Shown one piece after another: positions 30,720 through 41,384 of a stretch of DNA of 64,000 nt. The stretch is from an uncultured delta proteobacterium (GTDB lineage Bacteria; Desulfobacterota; Binatia; UBA9968). The stretch spans positions 113,604-177,603 of the forward strand of contig CAVWLW010000043.1 of NCBI GenBank assembly GCA_963755715.1, given 5' to 3'. The position numbers were made by a program, and so were the translations under genes. Within the stretch, counting starts at the first letter, position 1. Each line of letters begins with the position of its first letter. The notes beneath the pieces are model-generated. The model worked only from the letters and a program-made list of their open reading frames with translations. It did not search any database and was not told the DNA's origin.

Positions 30720-32006
30720 GTGCAGAAACAAATCGTCATTGTCGGATTGAACCATCGCAGCGCGCCGATCGAAGTGCGCGAGAGCGTGGCTTTCGAGAAT
30801 GTCTACGTCAGGGAGGCGCTGGTGCACTTGCACGATTATCCTTCCATAGACGAAGGCGTGATCGTGTCGACCTGCAACCGGGTGGAGGTGATCGCGGCGG
30901 CCGGCGACGCCCGATCGGCATTCGACGATATCAATGGCTTCCTGGCGCAGCAAAAGGCCCAGCGTCACGCGGAACCGTTGGACGATCATGTTTACATCTA
31001 TGAGGGCTCCGAGGCGGTGCGGCATCTTTTCCGTGTCGCTGCCAGCCTCGACTCGATGGTCATCGGCGAGCCGCAAATTCTCGGGCAATTGAAGCAATAC
31101 TACGACGCCGCGCAACAAGCGGGAACGGTCGGCGCGATTTTGCATCGGCTGTTCCATCGGTCCTTTGCTGTGGCGAAACGGGTGCGCAGCGAAACCGGTA
31201 TCGGCAGCGGCGCGGTGTCGGTGAGCTCGATTGCCGTGGACCTGGCGAAGCGCATTTTCGACCGCTTCGATGACAAGACCGTCATGCTGATCGGCGCGGG
31301 CAAGATCGGCGATCTTATGGCGCGCCATCTGCAGAGTCACGGCGTAAAAAATTTGATGGTGACCAATCGCACTTTCGAGCGCGCCGTTTCGTTGGCGGAG
31401 AAGATTCACGGCAACCCGATTCGTTTTGAGGACTTCCCGCGTTATCTCAAGATGGCCGACCTCGTCATCGGCTGCGCCGGCGCGCCGGAAATACTGATCG
31501 AGGCGGCGACGGTGGAAAAAATTCTGCGCGAACGGAAACAAAAGGCGATGTTCTTCATCGACATCGGCGACCGGCGCAACTTCGACGCGAAGATTAATAA
31601 ACTCGACAACGTTTATCTTTACAACATCGACGATCTTAAGAGCGTCGCCGAGGAAAATCTCCAGGAACGCGCCAGCGAAGCCGAGAAGGCCGAAGGCATC
31701 GTCCTCGAAGAGGTGCAGAGCTTTGTCCGTTGGCTGGGCTCGCTGGAGCAAGTGCCGACGATCACGGCGCTGCGGCAGCGTTTCGAAGAGATCCGCCGGC
31801 GCGAGATGGAAAAATCCCTGGGCGGAAGCCTGAAAGATCTGTCCGCGGAGCAGCGCGCGGCCGTGCAGGACATGACGACGGCGATGATCAATAAGATGCT
31901 GCACGGGCCGATCTCGCAATTGCGAAAGAGCTCGCCCGAGGAGTTGGAAGACCCAACGCTTTACGTCGCCGCTTTGAAGAAGCTTTTCGATCTGGAGGAC
32001 AAATGA
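30720..32006 (+). CDS. hemA: Glutamyl-tRNA reductase
   Basis: VGLNHRSAP, STCNRVE and SLDSMVIGEPQILGQ motifs. Confidence 0.97.
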   Translation: MQKQIVIVGLNHRSAPIEVRESVAFENVYVREALVHLHDYPSIDEGVIVSTCNRVEVIAAAGDARSAFDDINGFLAQQKAQRHAEPLDDHVYIYEGSEAVRHLFRVAASLDSMVIGEPQILGQLKQYYDAAQQAGTVGAILHRLFHRSFAVAKRVRSETGIGSGAVSVSSIAVDLAKRIFDRFDDKTVMLIGAGKIGDLMARHLQSHGVKNLMVTNRTFERAVSLAEKIHGNPIRFEDFPRYLKMADLVIGCAGAPEILIEAATVEKILRERKQKAMFFIDIGDRRNFDAKINKLDNVYLYNIDDLKSVAEENLQERASEAEKAEGIVLEEVQSFVRWLGSLEQVPTITALRQRFEEIRRREMEKSLGGSLKDLSAEQRAAVQDMTTAMINKMLHGPISQLRKSSPEELEDPTLYVAALKKLFDLEDK

Positions 32007-32914
32007 GCGGGTTGCGCATCGGCACCCGTGGCAGCGCCTTGGCCTTGGCTCAGGCGTCGTGGGTCAAACGGCAAATCGAAGAGCATGACCCGTCATTGGC
32101 AGTCGAGCTCCGCGTGATCAAAACCAGCGGCGATCGGTTTCTCGAAACGCCGATCCAAAATATTGGCGGCAAGGGGGTTTTTACCAAGGAGATCGAAGAG
32201 GCGTTGCTGCGCCAAGAAATTGATTTGGCGGTTCATTCGCTAAAGGATCTGCCGACGTGCTTGCCGTCGGGATTGGCGCTCGCCGCCGTTCCAGCACGCG
32301 AAGAGGCGCGCGACGTGTTGGTTACGCGCGACGGCAGCTCGCTCGCCAAGCTGGCAGCGGGCGCAAAAGTGGGCACGGGCAGCCTGCGCCGGCGCGCCCA
32401 ACTGTTGCACTACCGGGCAGATCTGAGTGTGCTCGCGCTGCGCGGCAATATCGACACGCGGCTTAAGAAACTTGATGCGGGCGAATTCGACGCGCTGGTG
32501 ATGGCCGCGGCGGGGCTTCGAAGAATCGGCCGGGCGGATCGCAGCGGTGAATATTTGGCCGACGAGATCTGTGTCAGCGCGGTCGCTCAAGGCGCCCTCG
32601 GCCTCGAAGCGCGCAGTGACGGCAACGTGCGCGAGCGACTCGCTTTTCTTAACGATCCGGCGACTTGCGCCGAGATCGCGGCCGAGCGCGCTTTGCTCGA
32701 TCGTCTGAGCGGGGGCTGTCATGTGCCGATCGGCGCTCGCGCTCGAGTCGTCGGCGATCAAATCTCGATGGTCGGCGTCGTCGCAAGTCCGGATGGCGAA
32801 AAGCTTTGCCGCGGTGAAACTTTTGGGTCCGTAAAGGAAGCCGCCGAGTTGGGCAAGCGTCTAGCGGAGCAGCTTTTGGAACGAGGCGCGGGCGAACTGC
32901 TCGCGAGTATTTAA
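32003..32914 (+). CDS. hemC: Hydroxymethylbilane synthase
   Basis: IGTRGSALALAQ, GKGVFTKE, VHSLKD and GGCHVPIG motifs. Confidence 0.97.
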   Translation: MSGLRIGTRGSALALAQASWVKRQIEEHDPSLAVELRVIKTSGDRFLETPIQNIGGKGVFTKEIEEALLRQEIDLAVHSLKDLPTCLPSGLALAAVPAREEARDVLVTRDGSSLAKLAAGAKVGTGSLRRRAQLLHYRADLSVLALRGNIDTRLKKLDAGEFDALVMAAAGLRRIGRADRSGEYLADEICVSAVAQGALGLEARSDGNVRERLAFLNDPATCAEIAAERALLDRLSGGCHVPIGARARVVGDQISMVGVVASPDGEKLCRGETFGSVKEAAELGKRLAEQLLERGAGELLASI

Positions 32915-33772
32915 GTGGCGACCGAAGCTAACAGACAGCGCGAAGAGTCGCCACAGAAACCGCTGATCGGTAAACGGATCGTGGTGACGCGGGCGCGCGC
33001 CCAGGCAGAAAGCTTGGCCCGTCGCATCGAAGAACTGGGCGGCGAAGTCATAGAGTTTCCGACGATCGAAATTCAACCGCCGGAGAGCTTTGCCGCTTTC
33101 GATGCCGCGATAGAAAAAATCGCAAGCCACGACTGGCTGATCTTTACCAGCGTCAATAGCATCGAACCGTTTCTGTCGCGGCTGCAACGGAAAGGAAAGA
33201 CAGTCGCGTCGTTAACCGCGCTTAAGATCGGCGCCATCGGTCCCGAGACGGCGAAGCGACTGGAAGAATCGGGCTTGCATCCGTCTCTCGTGCCGGCGCG
33301 GTACCAAGCCGAAGGGATTCTCGATGCGGTCGCGCCCGAAACGATACGCGGAAAGCGCGTGTTGATCCCGCGCGCCGCCGAAGCGCGGGAGATTTTGCCG
33401 GATACCTTGCGTCGATGGGGCGCGTTCGTCGACGTTGTCGTCGCGTACCGTACGCGGCTCCCCGCCATTGACGTGGCGCCGCTGGCCGAGCGGCTTGACC
33501 GGAACGAGATTCACGTCATTACGTTCACGAGCTCGAGCACCGTGAGAAATTTTGTCCGGCTCTTCGGCGATAAAAATCTCGACGCGATCGTCGCGGACAG
33601 CGCGATTGCGTGCATTGGGCCGATCACGGCGCGCACCGTGGAAGAATCGGGCGGTCATCCGGATATCGTCGCGGAGGAATTTACGATCCCCGGTATGGTG
33701 CAGGCGGTCGTTGCATACTTTGCATCAAGACCCGAAGCAGCGGGCAGGTTTTCCGGCCAGCGGGCAAACTAA
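32915..33772 (+). CDS. hemD: Uroporphyrinogen-III synthase
   Basis: [21 protein letters not shown] and CIGPIT motifs. Confidence 0.93.
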   Translation: MATEANRQREESPQKPLIGKRIVVTRARAQAESLARRIEELGGEVIEFPTIEIQPPESFAAFDAAIEKIASHDWLIFTSVNSIEPFLSRLQRKGKTVASLTALKIGAIGPETAKRLEESGLHPSLVPARYQAEGILDAVAPETIRGKRVLIPRAAEAREILPDTLRRWGAFVDVVVAYRTRLPAIDVAPLAERLDRNEIHVITFTSSSTVRNFVRLFGDKNLDAIVADSAIACIGPITARTVEESGGHPDIVAEEFTIPGMVQAVVAYFASRPEAAGRFSGQRAN

Positions 33773-33786
33773 GCTTGGAGCGTGCC

Positions 33787-34773
33787 ATGAACTTTCCAAT
33801 TTACCGGCCGAGGCGGCTGCGGCGTAACGAAAGGCTGCGCGAGCTGATTCGCGAAACATCGCTTGAGCCGCGGAACTTCATCTATCCGTTGTTCGTCGGT
33901 CCGGGACGTGACAAAGCCCAGCCGATTTCCTCCATGCCCGGCATTGCGCAGCTATCGGTGGATCGAGTTGTCGGCGAATGCGCCGAAGTCCGATCGCTCG
34001 GCATTCCCGCCGTGATTCTCTTCGGCATCCCGGAGGGGAAAGACGCTCTCGGCAGCGAGGCTTATGCCGAGCGCGGTGTCGTGCAGCAGGCGATTGAAAC
34101 CATTAAAGAAAAATTTCCCGATCTGTTGGTGATCACCGATGTTTGTTTATGTGAATACACGGATCATGGCCACTGCGGCGTGATCAAAAACGGCGACGTA
34201 GACAACGATGCCACGCTCGAATTATTGGCGCGAGAGGCGCTGTCGCACGCTCAGGCGGGCGCTGATATCGTCGCGCCGTCCGACATGATGGACGGCCGCG
34301 TTGGCGCGATCCGCAAAGCGCTCGATGAAAACGGCTTCGCGCAGACGCCGATCATGGCGTACGCGGCAAAATACGCTTCCGGTTTCTATGGTCCGTTTCG
34401 TGAGGCCGCCGAATCCACGCCGCAGTTCGGCGATCGGCGCTCGTATCAGATGGACCCGGCGAATGCCGAGGAGGCGATGCGCGAGGTCGAGCTCGACATC
34501 CGCGAAGGCGCCGACATCGTCATGGTCAAACCGGCGCTGGCGTATCTCGATGTGATCTATCGGGTCAAACAGAAGTTCGGTTATCCGCTCGCCGCCTACA
34601 ACGTGAGCGGCGAATATTCGATGATCAAGGCCGCGGGGCAAAACGGTTGGATCGACGAGTCTCGGATCATGATGGAAGTGCTTTTCGCGATTCGCCGCGC
34701 CGGCGCGGACATGATTCTGACTTACTTCGCCAAGGACGCGGCAAGATTGCTCCAGAAAAAAAATCCCTCCTAA
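33787..34773 (+). CDS. hemB: Porphobilinogen synthase
   Basis: [34 protein letters not shown] and AYNVSGEY motifs. Confidence 0.97.
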   Translation: MNFPIYRPRRLRRNERLRELIRETSLEPRNFIYPLFVGPGRDKAQPISSMPGIAQLSVDRVVGECAEVRSLGIPAVILFGIPEGKDALGSEAYAERGVVQQAIETIKEKFPDLLVITDVCLCEYTDHGHCGVIKNGDVDNDATLELLAREALSHAQAGADIVAPSDMMDGRVGAIRKALDENGFAQTPIMAYAAKYASGFYGPFREAAESTPQFGDRRSYQMDPANAEEAMREVELDIREGADIVMVKPALAYLDVIYRVKQKFGYPLAAYNVSGEYSMIKAAGQNGWIDESRIMMEVLFAIRRAGADMILTYFAKDAARLLQKKNPS

Positions 34774-34846
34774 CCTCCCTTTGTCAAAGGGAGGAATATC
34801 GGCCGGCACATCTACGAAATATTCAGGCAACGTCTCAGCGAGCGCG

Positions 34847-35113
34847 CTAAATCAAGTTCCACAAATCTTTGATTTTCCGGTTGAGAGTTCTTTCGCACTC
34901 GGCTTCGCGGCCGTCGGTATGAACTTGCGACTGGGAAAAGCGAAAAATGAGAACCCGCGGTCGCTTTGACGAGCCGGACGATGAAAGTGTTTGAGTCGGC
35001 ATCGAATTCGGTGGTCACAGTCGACGGCGGGGTCAGCTGCGTTTGGCGATCGCATTGGCCCAGGCTTCAATTTCAGGCGCGCGGCCTCGTCGCCTCGTCT
35101 GTGTGCTCAACAT
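34847..35113 (-). CDS. Small hypothetical protein (frameshifted)
   Basis: Frame-joined reading EIEAWANAIAK...VTTEFDADSNTFIVRLVK...VLIFRFSQSQVHTDGREAECERTLNRKIKDLWNLI. Confidence 0.45.
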
Positions 35114-35134
35114 AACCAGAGCGAGACGACCGAA

Positions 35135-36139
35135 TTATTTCTTTTTGTACAGCGCGTCGATAAAACCGCTCTGGTCCAGCTCGCGGATGAAGCTCATATC
35201 GACAAACTGCTCGGGCTTGGCTGTCTTCGCTCTAGGATCGCGCTCGGCGATGTCCTCTAGCACCGTCTTAAGTCCCTCGAGACTCGGATATTGCTTCTTC
35301 GGATAGAACGCTTCGGTCATCACGTTCTCGTAGCTTCTTTCCAGAGTCTCGCGATCGAGCCCGCTTCCCATGTATCGGCTCAGAGCTTTTATGGTGGCCT
35401 CTTTATCGGTCCACATTTTGTGAACCGCTTCCACGTGCGAGCGCACATAGCGCCGCACCGTGTCGGGGTGTTCCTTAATATATTTGCGAGTCGTCGCCGC
35501 GCCGGTGTGCTGAAACACCAAGCCCATCTGGGCGACGTCGGCGATGATCGCTAGTCCCTTTTTCTCCGCGATGAAGCTCGACGGTGGATTGATGACTGAA
35601 GCGGATACTCGGCCAGTCAGCGCAGCGCTTAAGCGCTCTGGACCGCTTCCTACTTGAACGAGAGTGACGTCTTTTCCAGGATTGAGGCCGATCTTTCTCA
35701 GGGCAAAACGTGCAATGGTATCCGTTGCCGAACCAAAACGGCTGATCGCCACCGTCCCGCCTTTGAGCTGCTCCGCGCTCTTGATTCCCGGCTTTCCCAT
35801 CAGCACATAATTCAACGAGACTATTCCCCCCGCGACAAATACCGCGTCTGAGCCCGCGAAGGCGCTGTTCACTAAGCCCGGCCCGGAAACTTGGGTGATC
35901 GGCACGTCCCCCGATACCAGCGCGAGAATGGCGGTGGTGCCGCCGGTGAAAAATATCAATTGGATATCCAGATTGTTCTTAGCAAAGATGCCGGTTTCTT
36001 TGGCGACCCAGGCCGGCAATTGATCGGCGCTGGCGGCGCTGTAGCCGACATTGAGGCGGGCAGCTTGAGCGCGGGCAAAAGAACTAAACGCCAGGTGAAA
36101 CGCCAACGCTCCGATCGTTACATAAAGTATCTTTTTCAT
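35135..36139 (-). CDS. ABC substrate-binding protein, NMT1/SsuA/THI5-like
   Basis: Signal peptide; WVAKETGIFAKNNLD, LKGGTVAISRFGS and FVDMSFIRELDQSGFI motifs. Confidence 0.9.
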   Translation of the reverse strand: MKKILYVTIGALAFHLAFSSFARAQAARLNVGYSAASADQLPAWVAKETGIFAKNNLDIQLIFFTGGTTAILALVSGDVPITQVSGPGLVNSAFAGSDAVFVAGGIVSLNYVLMGKPGIKSAEQLKGGTVAISRFGSATDTIARFALRKIGLNPGKDVTLVQVGSGPERLSAALTGRVSASVINPPSSFIAEKKGLAIIADVAQMGLVFQHTGAATTRKYIKEHPDTVRRYVRSHVEAVHKMWTDKEATIKALSRYMGSGLDRETLERSYENVMTEAFYPKKQYPSLEGLKTVLEDIAERDPRAKTAKPEQFVDMSFIRELDQSGFIDALYKKK

Positions 36140-36204
36140 TTTTATCGGCGCGCTCCTCGAATTTTTTTCTGGCGGAATTCTACAGGACGAAAGATGTAGA
36201 AACA

Positions 36205-36236
36205 AGAAAGCCCGGATCAAAAGACCCGGGCTTTCT
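36205..36236 (-). terminator. Rho-independent terminator after cytochrome c'
   Basis: AGAAAGCCCGGATC-AAAA-GACCCGGGCTTTCT inverted repeat. Confidence 0.75.
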
Positions 36237-36277
36237 CTCGCGTCAAACTCAACTGCGCGACGAATTGCCGCGTCGAC

Positions 36278-36730
36278 TTATTCTGCGTACTTTTCGGCTC
36301 GAAATTGCTTGTGACAGGAATTGCAGGCCTCGCCCAGCGCTTTTACTTTCACGTCCACATCGTCGGCATTGCCGGCCTTTGCCGCGCTTGCCAACTCACT
36401 AGCAGCCTTGTTCAAGTTTTTCGCCGCCTTGGAAAACTCATCGGGTTTTTCCCAAATTTCAGGTTTTGCTTTGGTTTTTCCGGTGGTGCTTCCCTTGGGG
36501 AATAGGCTCACTATTTTATCGGCCGTGCCCATGATGTCCTTGGCCTTGGCTTCTACGGTGGCGTAATCCTTGGTTTCGACTGCGCCTTTGATCGCTTTAG
36601 CCGCCGCGCTATTGCCTTTCATGGCGTCTTGCCTTTTCTGAATAACATCGGCTTGCGCAAAAACCTGCGTCGAAACGGCTAAAGCCAAAATACCAAAAAA
36701 TGCTCCCGTTAGTAATTTTCGAACCATCAC
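36278..36730 (-). CDS. Cytochrome c' / class II cytochrome c
   Basis: Signal peptide; RQDAMK, LFPKGS, AKPEIW and a C-terminal CNSCHKQFR heme motif. Confidence 0.93.
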   Translation of the reverse strand: MMVRKLLTGAFFGILALAVSTQVFAQADVIQKRQDAMKGNSAAAKAIKGAVETKDYATVEAKAKDIMGTADKIVSLFPKGSTTGKTKAKPEIWEKPDEFSKAAKNLNKAASELASAAKAGNADDVDVKVKALGEACNSCHKQFRAEKYAE

Positions 36731-36761
36731 TACTGTTCTCCTTTCAGGTTAAGAACAATAA

Positions 36762-37307
36762 TCACTTGCCGCTGTTTACCTTTTTTACTTCGCTCAATAA
36801 TTCTTCAGTCGACAACAGATCTTTTTCGGTATTGCCCGGCCGAATATTCAAGTAACGAATCACCCCCTCTTTATCGACAATAATGTAGGACCGTTTCGCG
36901 ACTCGTCGCGGTTCGTCATAAACGCCGTAGGTCTGCATCACCTTGCCATCTCTGTCGCTCAGGAGCGCGTAGTTGATCTTGGCAAAATCGGCGAAAGCTT
37001 TTTGCGAAAATGGCGCGTTCGCGCTGATGCCGACAACTTCCGTATTCTCCGCTTGGAACGCCGGGTAATTGTCCGAACCGGACGCTTGCAAGTCTTTGAT
37101 TCAAGTCGGGCTAAAGTCGAGTACGTAGAAATTGATGAGAACATTTTTACCCTTGAGACTGCTCAGCTTCAGCTTGCCTCCTTTCGAGCTGTCCAGCTCG
37201 AAGTCCGGCGCTTTGTCGCCGACTTGGAGCGCTTGGGCCAGACCCGATGTCAAAATGAGCGAAGCTGCAACTAGCAGGACCGGAAGGATTTTTTTACGTG
37301 TTTTCAT
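36762..37307 (-). CDS. Exported selenocysteine-containing peroxiredoxin (AhpC/TSA, AhpE/BCP-like); UGA at 37101-37103
   Basis: Two ORFs in the same frame joined by one TGA: signal peptide, VGDKAPDFEL, FYVLDFSPT-TGA-IKDL, VVGISAN, LLSD, RSYIIVDKEGVIR. Confidence 0.88.
37069..37083 (-). promoter_or_regulatory. Bacterial SECIS-like hairpin
   Basis: mRNA GUCCG-GUU-CGGAC starting 17 nt after the UGA, with G in the apical loop. Confidence 0.6.
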
Positions 37308-37383
37308 AATCCTCTTTCTGGTTAGACGAACATCGGCAGAAAATCTTCTAAGCGTGATGCTTTATCTCTTAGAAGTTTTGCAC

Positions 37384-37428
37384 TGTCAATCCCCCCATTG
37401 GGAATTCTGAACTTCCCCCAAATGGGGA
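37384..37428 (-). promoter_or_regulatory. -35 TTGACA with two upstream operator-like palindromes
   Basis: TCCCCCCATTGGGAA (37390-37404) and TTCCCCCAAATGGGGA (37413-37428) abut a minus-strand TTGACA at 37384-37389. Confidence 0.5.
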
Positions 37429-38088
37429 TTAATCGAGTCCCTCACGGACTGCGAGGACGGCGGCCTCGGTGCGGTTTTTGACATCGAGCTTGCGGAACAG
37501 CGACTTGAGATGGCCTTTGATGGTCTCGCGGGCAAGGCAGGTAATCTCGCTAATTTCCTCATTACTTAGTCCCTCGGACATCAAACGAAGGATTTTAAGC
37601 TCTAGATCGGTCAGGCCAAACCGTTCGGTGAACTGAGTGATGCGCGCGTGGCTTGGAGCCGGCAGATGGCCTGAGGTTTGCTCCAAGGCGAGGTGTGCCA
37701 AATAAGGCGAAGCGGGAATTTTTCCGGCGTGAGTTTGTCGAATGATCTTGATGAAATCCGCGCGGTCTGTGTCCTTCAAAATATAACCGATCGCACCGGC
37801 GCGAATCGCCGCGTTGATTTTTTCGTCCTCGTGGTGCACCGAGAGCATAAGAATTTTCGTCCGCGGCGAAACCGCCGCGATCAGCCGCGCCGCTTTGATC
37901 CCATCCATTTTCGGCATGTCAACGTCCAGCAACGCCAGATCCGGCGTGGTCGCGCGCGCTCCCGTGACCGCCTCTTGGCCGTTGGCCGCGTCGGCGACGA
38001 CGCGGAGATCGGTGCCGGTCTCGAGCAGTATTTTTAAGCTCTGGCGGAACAGTCGTTCGTCGTCGGCGATCAGAAGTTTGATCGGCAT
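37429..38088 (-). CDS. NarL/LuxR-family response regulator
   Basis: LIADD, LLDVDMPKMDG and GYILK receiver motifs; GLSNEEI...LFRKLDVKNRTEA HTH. Confidence 0.95.
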   Translation of the reverse strand: MPIKLLIADDERLFRQSLKILLETGTDLRVVADAANGQEAVTGARATTPDLALLDVDMPKMDGIKAARLIAAVSPRTKILMLSVHHEDEKINAAIRAGAIGYILKDTDRADFIKIIRQTHAGKIPASPYLAHLALEQTSGHLPAPSHARITQFTERFGLTDLELKILRLMSEGLSNEEISEITCLARETIKGHLKSLFRKLDVKNRTEAAVLAVREGLD

Positions 38089-38164
38089 AAATCTATTGCC
38101 TCGCGACTGGTGCTTTTGTAGTTCGTCGATTTTTACCCCGAAGATTGATGGGGCGCAATAGCGG

Positions 38165-40599
38165 CTAGCGCGGATTTAACCGCAAGCTTCGCTTCGGAGA
38201 GCTCCAGTTTTCAGCGGTCGGGTTAAAGGAGATTGTCTTGCCGCGCAACCAAAGCTCGGTTTGATCGCGATAGTGCGCGGAAGTTGCGTGGCCCGACTGG
38301 CCTGAAGGGAGAACGAATTCGGAGCGCATCGATGGACCCGTTTCCACGGCGAAGCGCAAGGATGCGCCGACGGTTTGTGCGTAGGGATTGGAGTGGCGGT
38401 AGAAGCCGACATTGACCGTCATCCCGTCGCCCGGAGTTGGCATAGGTCCGATACCGAGCACAGATTTGAGCGCGTCAACCCGACCGAGAGCATGACCCAG
38501 GTACAATTGATGTACTTTGCCCCAACACCACTGTTCCATATTCGCGCCGAATTTCTCTTCGAGCTCATCACAAGCGCCGCTAAGCGCGAGGTGCACCAGC
38601 TCGAATCGTGATCGGCGCGAAAACCAAGTCGATTTTGCCTCGGCAAAAATGCGATCGGTGGGCACGATACTTTGATTCAAAATCTCCACGTACGCCGGGT
38701 AAACCTCTTCTCCCAATACCGGAATTAAAAGATGCCGGAGCAGCTGCTGATGCATTAAATGAAAAATCGCTGCTTCGATGCTCGATACGGCACAAGCGCC
38801 GTCCCACGCGAGGAGGCGATTGGCTGCGGCTTTGACGGATACGGTTATCGTCGGCAATGCGCACGAGGTCGGTTTTGAGCGCGCCGATCAGATCGCGCGC
38901 GTGCAGTGAAACGTGATCGAGTTGCAGCGCTGCCAAGCCGCCGAGGGAGTACTTTTCGCGTTGGCCCAACAATTGTTCGATGCGGCGAATCCGATACGGC
39001 GGGTCGAAGAAATGAGATAGATAGTAAGGATAAGCGGCGTCAGCGATCCGGTTATTGGCGCTGGCGACAACGCCTTCGGGTGGATTGTAAACATGCGGCA
39101 ACTCGTCGAATGGAATATATCCAAGCCAATCGTTGCGCTCATCCCAACCGGCCACCGGCAGCAAGGACGGCACACTGGCGCGCCGCGGGATTTTTCCGGC
39201 GAGAGTATAACCGATGTTTCCTTCATGGTCGGCATAGACGAAGTTCAAGCTCGGCGCCGCGTGCAAGCGCAGGCTGTCCTGAAACTGCTTCCAGTCGCGC
39301 GCGCAATTGAGGTTATAAAGACTGTTCAGCTCCCGGCTCGGCTCGTGCGCCGTCCAGCGCGCCGTTAGGATTTCTTTGCCGTCGCTGGTCGCGCGGAAAT
39401 CGCTGATGGCCGGACCGTGCCGGCTCGCGCGGACAATTTTTTCCAGCGGCTTGGCGCCCCTGACGGCGATCAGTTCTTTACGCGATTCGAGTTTCTGCCA
39501 ACGATGACCGACCCGATAGAGATCCGGGTCGAGCCGATGCAATTTCTCGCGGTAAATTTCCACGTCGTCGCATAGCGCCGCGGTGATGCCCCAAGCAATG
39601 AAACGGTTGTGACCGATTTGAACACAGGGCACGCCGGGAATCGACGCGCCCCAAACTTCATAGCCATCCAGGCCCGGCCGGACCGTTGTCAGCCCGTAAG
39701 TGCATTAGATACCAGACCGACGGCAACGACATTCTCAGATGGGGATCATTGCATAGGATGGCTTGGCCGGTGGTCGAGCGCTGCGGGGCGATGGCCCAAC
39801 TGTTGCTGCCGCTGCCCGCCGGATGCCATTCGCTTGCCGCAAGAACGCCGCTCGAGAACTGCCACAATCCACGGGCGCTATCCCAACTGGAACGAGCGGT
39901 CGTGATCGCGTGATCAGGATAGGCAGGGAAGAGGTCGCGCAGCTTTTCCGGCTCGTCCACTAATTTTGCCGCGATGGCGATAAAATTGAGCCGGGTGTAG
40001 AGCGCCGTGGAAAGAAGAAAAGCGAAACCTTTGCCGATCATCAGCGTGTCCGCCGGTTGCCAAGGTTCCGGCTCCTGGCGCAGCACGCGAAACTCCCACG
40101 GCAGCTTGCGCCCGCACCGTTCGATATAACGATTGACGCCGTCGCAATACGCGCGCAAACGCCCTCCGTCTTCGTCGGATAAGAGCGTCAGGGAATTGAC
40201 TGCGGCGGCGCGAATGCCGAGCAGCCTGACGAAGTAGTCAAGATCGACGCAACTGCGGTCGCGAAATTGGCTCGACAGTTCGCGCCACGGCAGCGAGAAG
40301 TCGCCGAAAATCTGCGCCATTCGACCGCTCAAAAAGCGCCGGTTCATTTCCATTTGCCAGAGCCGTTCCTGAGCGTGCAGATAGCCTTGAGCAAAAAATA
40401 GATCTCTCTCGTCCGTTGCCGAGACATGCGGAATAGCGTGCCGATCCCAACGTACGACGACCGGTTTGGCGAGGCCGGGAAGGATGATTTCGCCGTGATG
40501 GATCGGCGCGGCACGCTTGTCGAGGAAGCCGATGAAAGGACGAAGGAACGCCGAAAAGACGGTTGCAGTAAAACCGCTCTTCGGCAGATCCATCGACAC
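38165..40599 (-). CDS. Penicillin acylase family protein (two frameshifts)
   Basis: FAQGYLHAQERLWQME, GSNSW (Ntn Ser), NDPHL, NFVYAD, SANN and PSGQSGH motifs over three ORFs. Confidence 0.9.
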
Positions 40600-40629
40600 T
40601 AATGATCGGCAAAACTAGCGAGAGACATT

Positions 40630-41232
40630 CTACAGGATGGCTTTTACTGACGGCCGCGCTTTCATTCTTTCCAGGTACTTGCCAAGGCGAGGTAGCGACG
40701 GATCGGGCAGCACGCCGAATCCTTCGAGCCGGGTGAAGCGCGGCAACAGGTCGGCGTCGACTAAAGAAAAGTCGCCCATGAGATACTGTTGAGCGCCGAT
40801 TTCATTTTCCAGGCGTTGCAAAAGCTTTTTTAACTCGCTTTTGGCACCGTCGATCACCTGCTGATTCTGATCTTTTTGCTCCTTCATGAGCTCCATGCGG
40901 AGTTTCTGGTACGGTCCGTCAAAGTGGGTCATGCCGTAATCGATCAGGATCCGGGCTTTGGCTTTTTGGCCCGGCTCTTTCGGCATGAGCGGTGGATTGG
41001 GATATTTCTCTTCGAGATATTCGTTGATGACGCACGATTCGTAGAGCACGGTGGCGTCATCGGTGAGCACCGGAACTTTGCCGTAGGGATTCATTTTGAG
41101 ATAGTCGGGCGTTTTCTGTTCCTGCGCCCGCAAATCGATCGGAACAATTTCGTAGGGCAAATTCTTTTCCGCCAACACGACTTTGACCCTCTGACAGTTG
41201 GGTGAAGATTTGAAATCGTAGAGTTTGATCAT
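40630..41232 (-). CDS. Glutathione S-transferase
   Basis: SPNCQRV, NPYGKVPVL, LYESCVINEYL and FSLVD motifs. Confidence 0.93.
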   Translation of the reverse strand: MIKLYDFKSSPNCQRVKVVLAEKNLPYEIVPIDLRAQEQKTPDYLKMNPYGKVPVLTDDATVLYESCVINEYLEEKYPNPPLMPKEPGQKAKARILIDYGMTHFDGPYQKLRMELMKEQKDQNQQVIDGAKSELKKLLQRLENEIGAQQYLMGDFSLVDADLLPRFTRLEGFGVLPDPSLPRLGKYLERMKARPSVKAIL

Positions 41233-41384
41233 GGCCGGGCTCCTTTCAGCAATAAATTTTCCTGCCGCAGTTATACTAAGATTTTGCCGAAAAGAAAATC
41301 ATCGACGCGAGCAAAATCTACCTTGATCTACATGGTTTTTGATGTTAAGCGAATAGCCACGAATGAAAAAATGGGTGCTCAAGC

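Noticed and set aside
30603-31919. Long antisense ORFs (also 3063..4085, 17707..18555 and 57239..59035)
   Set aside because: They lie opposite well-supported genes, have no motifs, and are expected in GC-rich coding DNA.
34764-34797. CCTCCCTTTG-TC-AAAGGGAGG hairpin as an ncRNA
   Set aside because: Short hairpin between convergent genes; better explained as a terminator or REP-like element.
35033-35035. TGA in the small hypothetical gene as a third Sec codon
   Set aside because: No redox motif, a second TGA follows shortly in the same frame, and coding continues in another frame.
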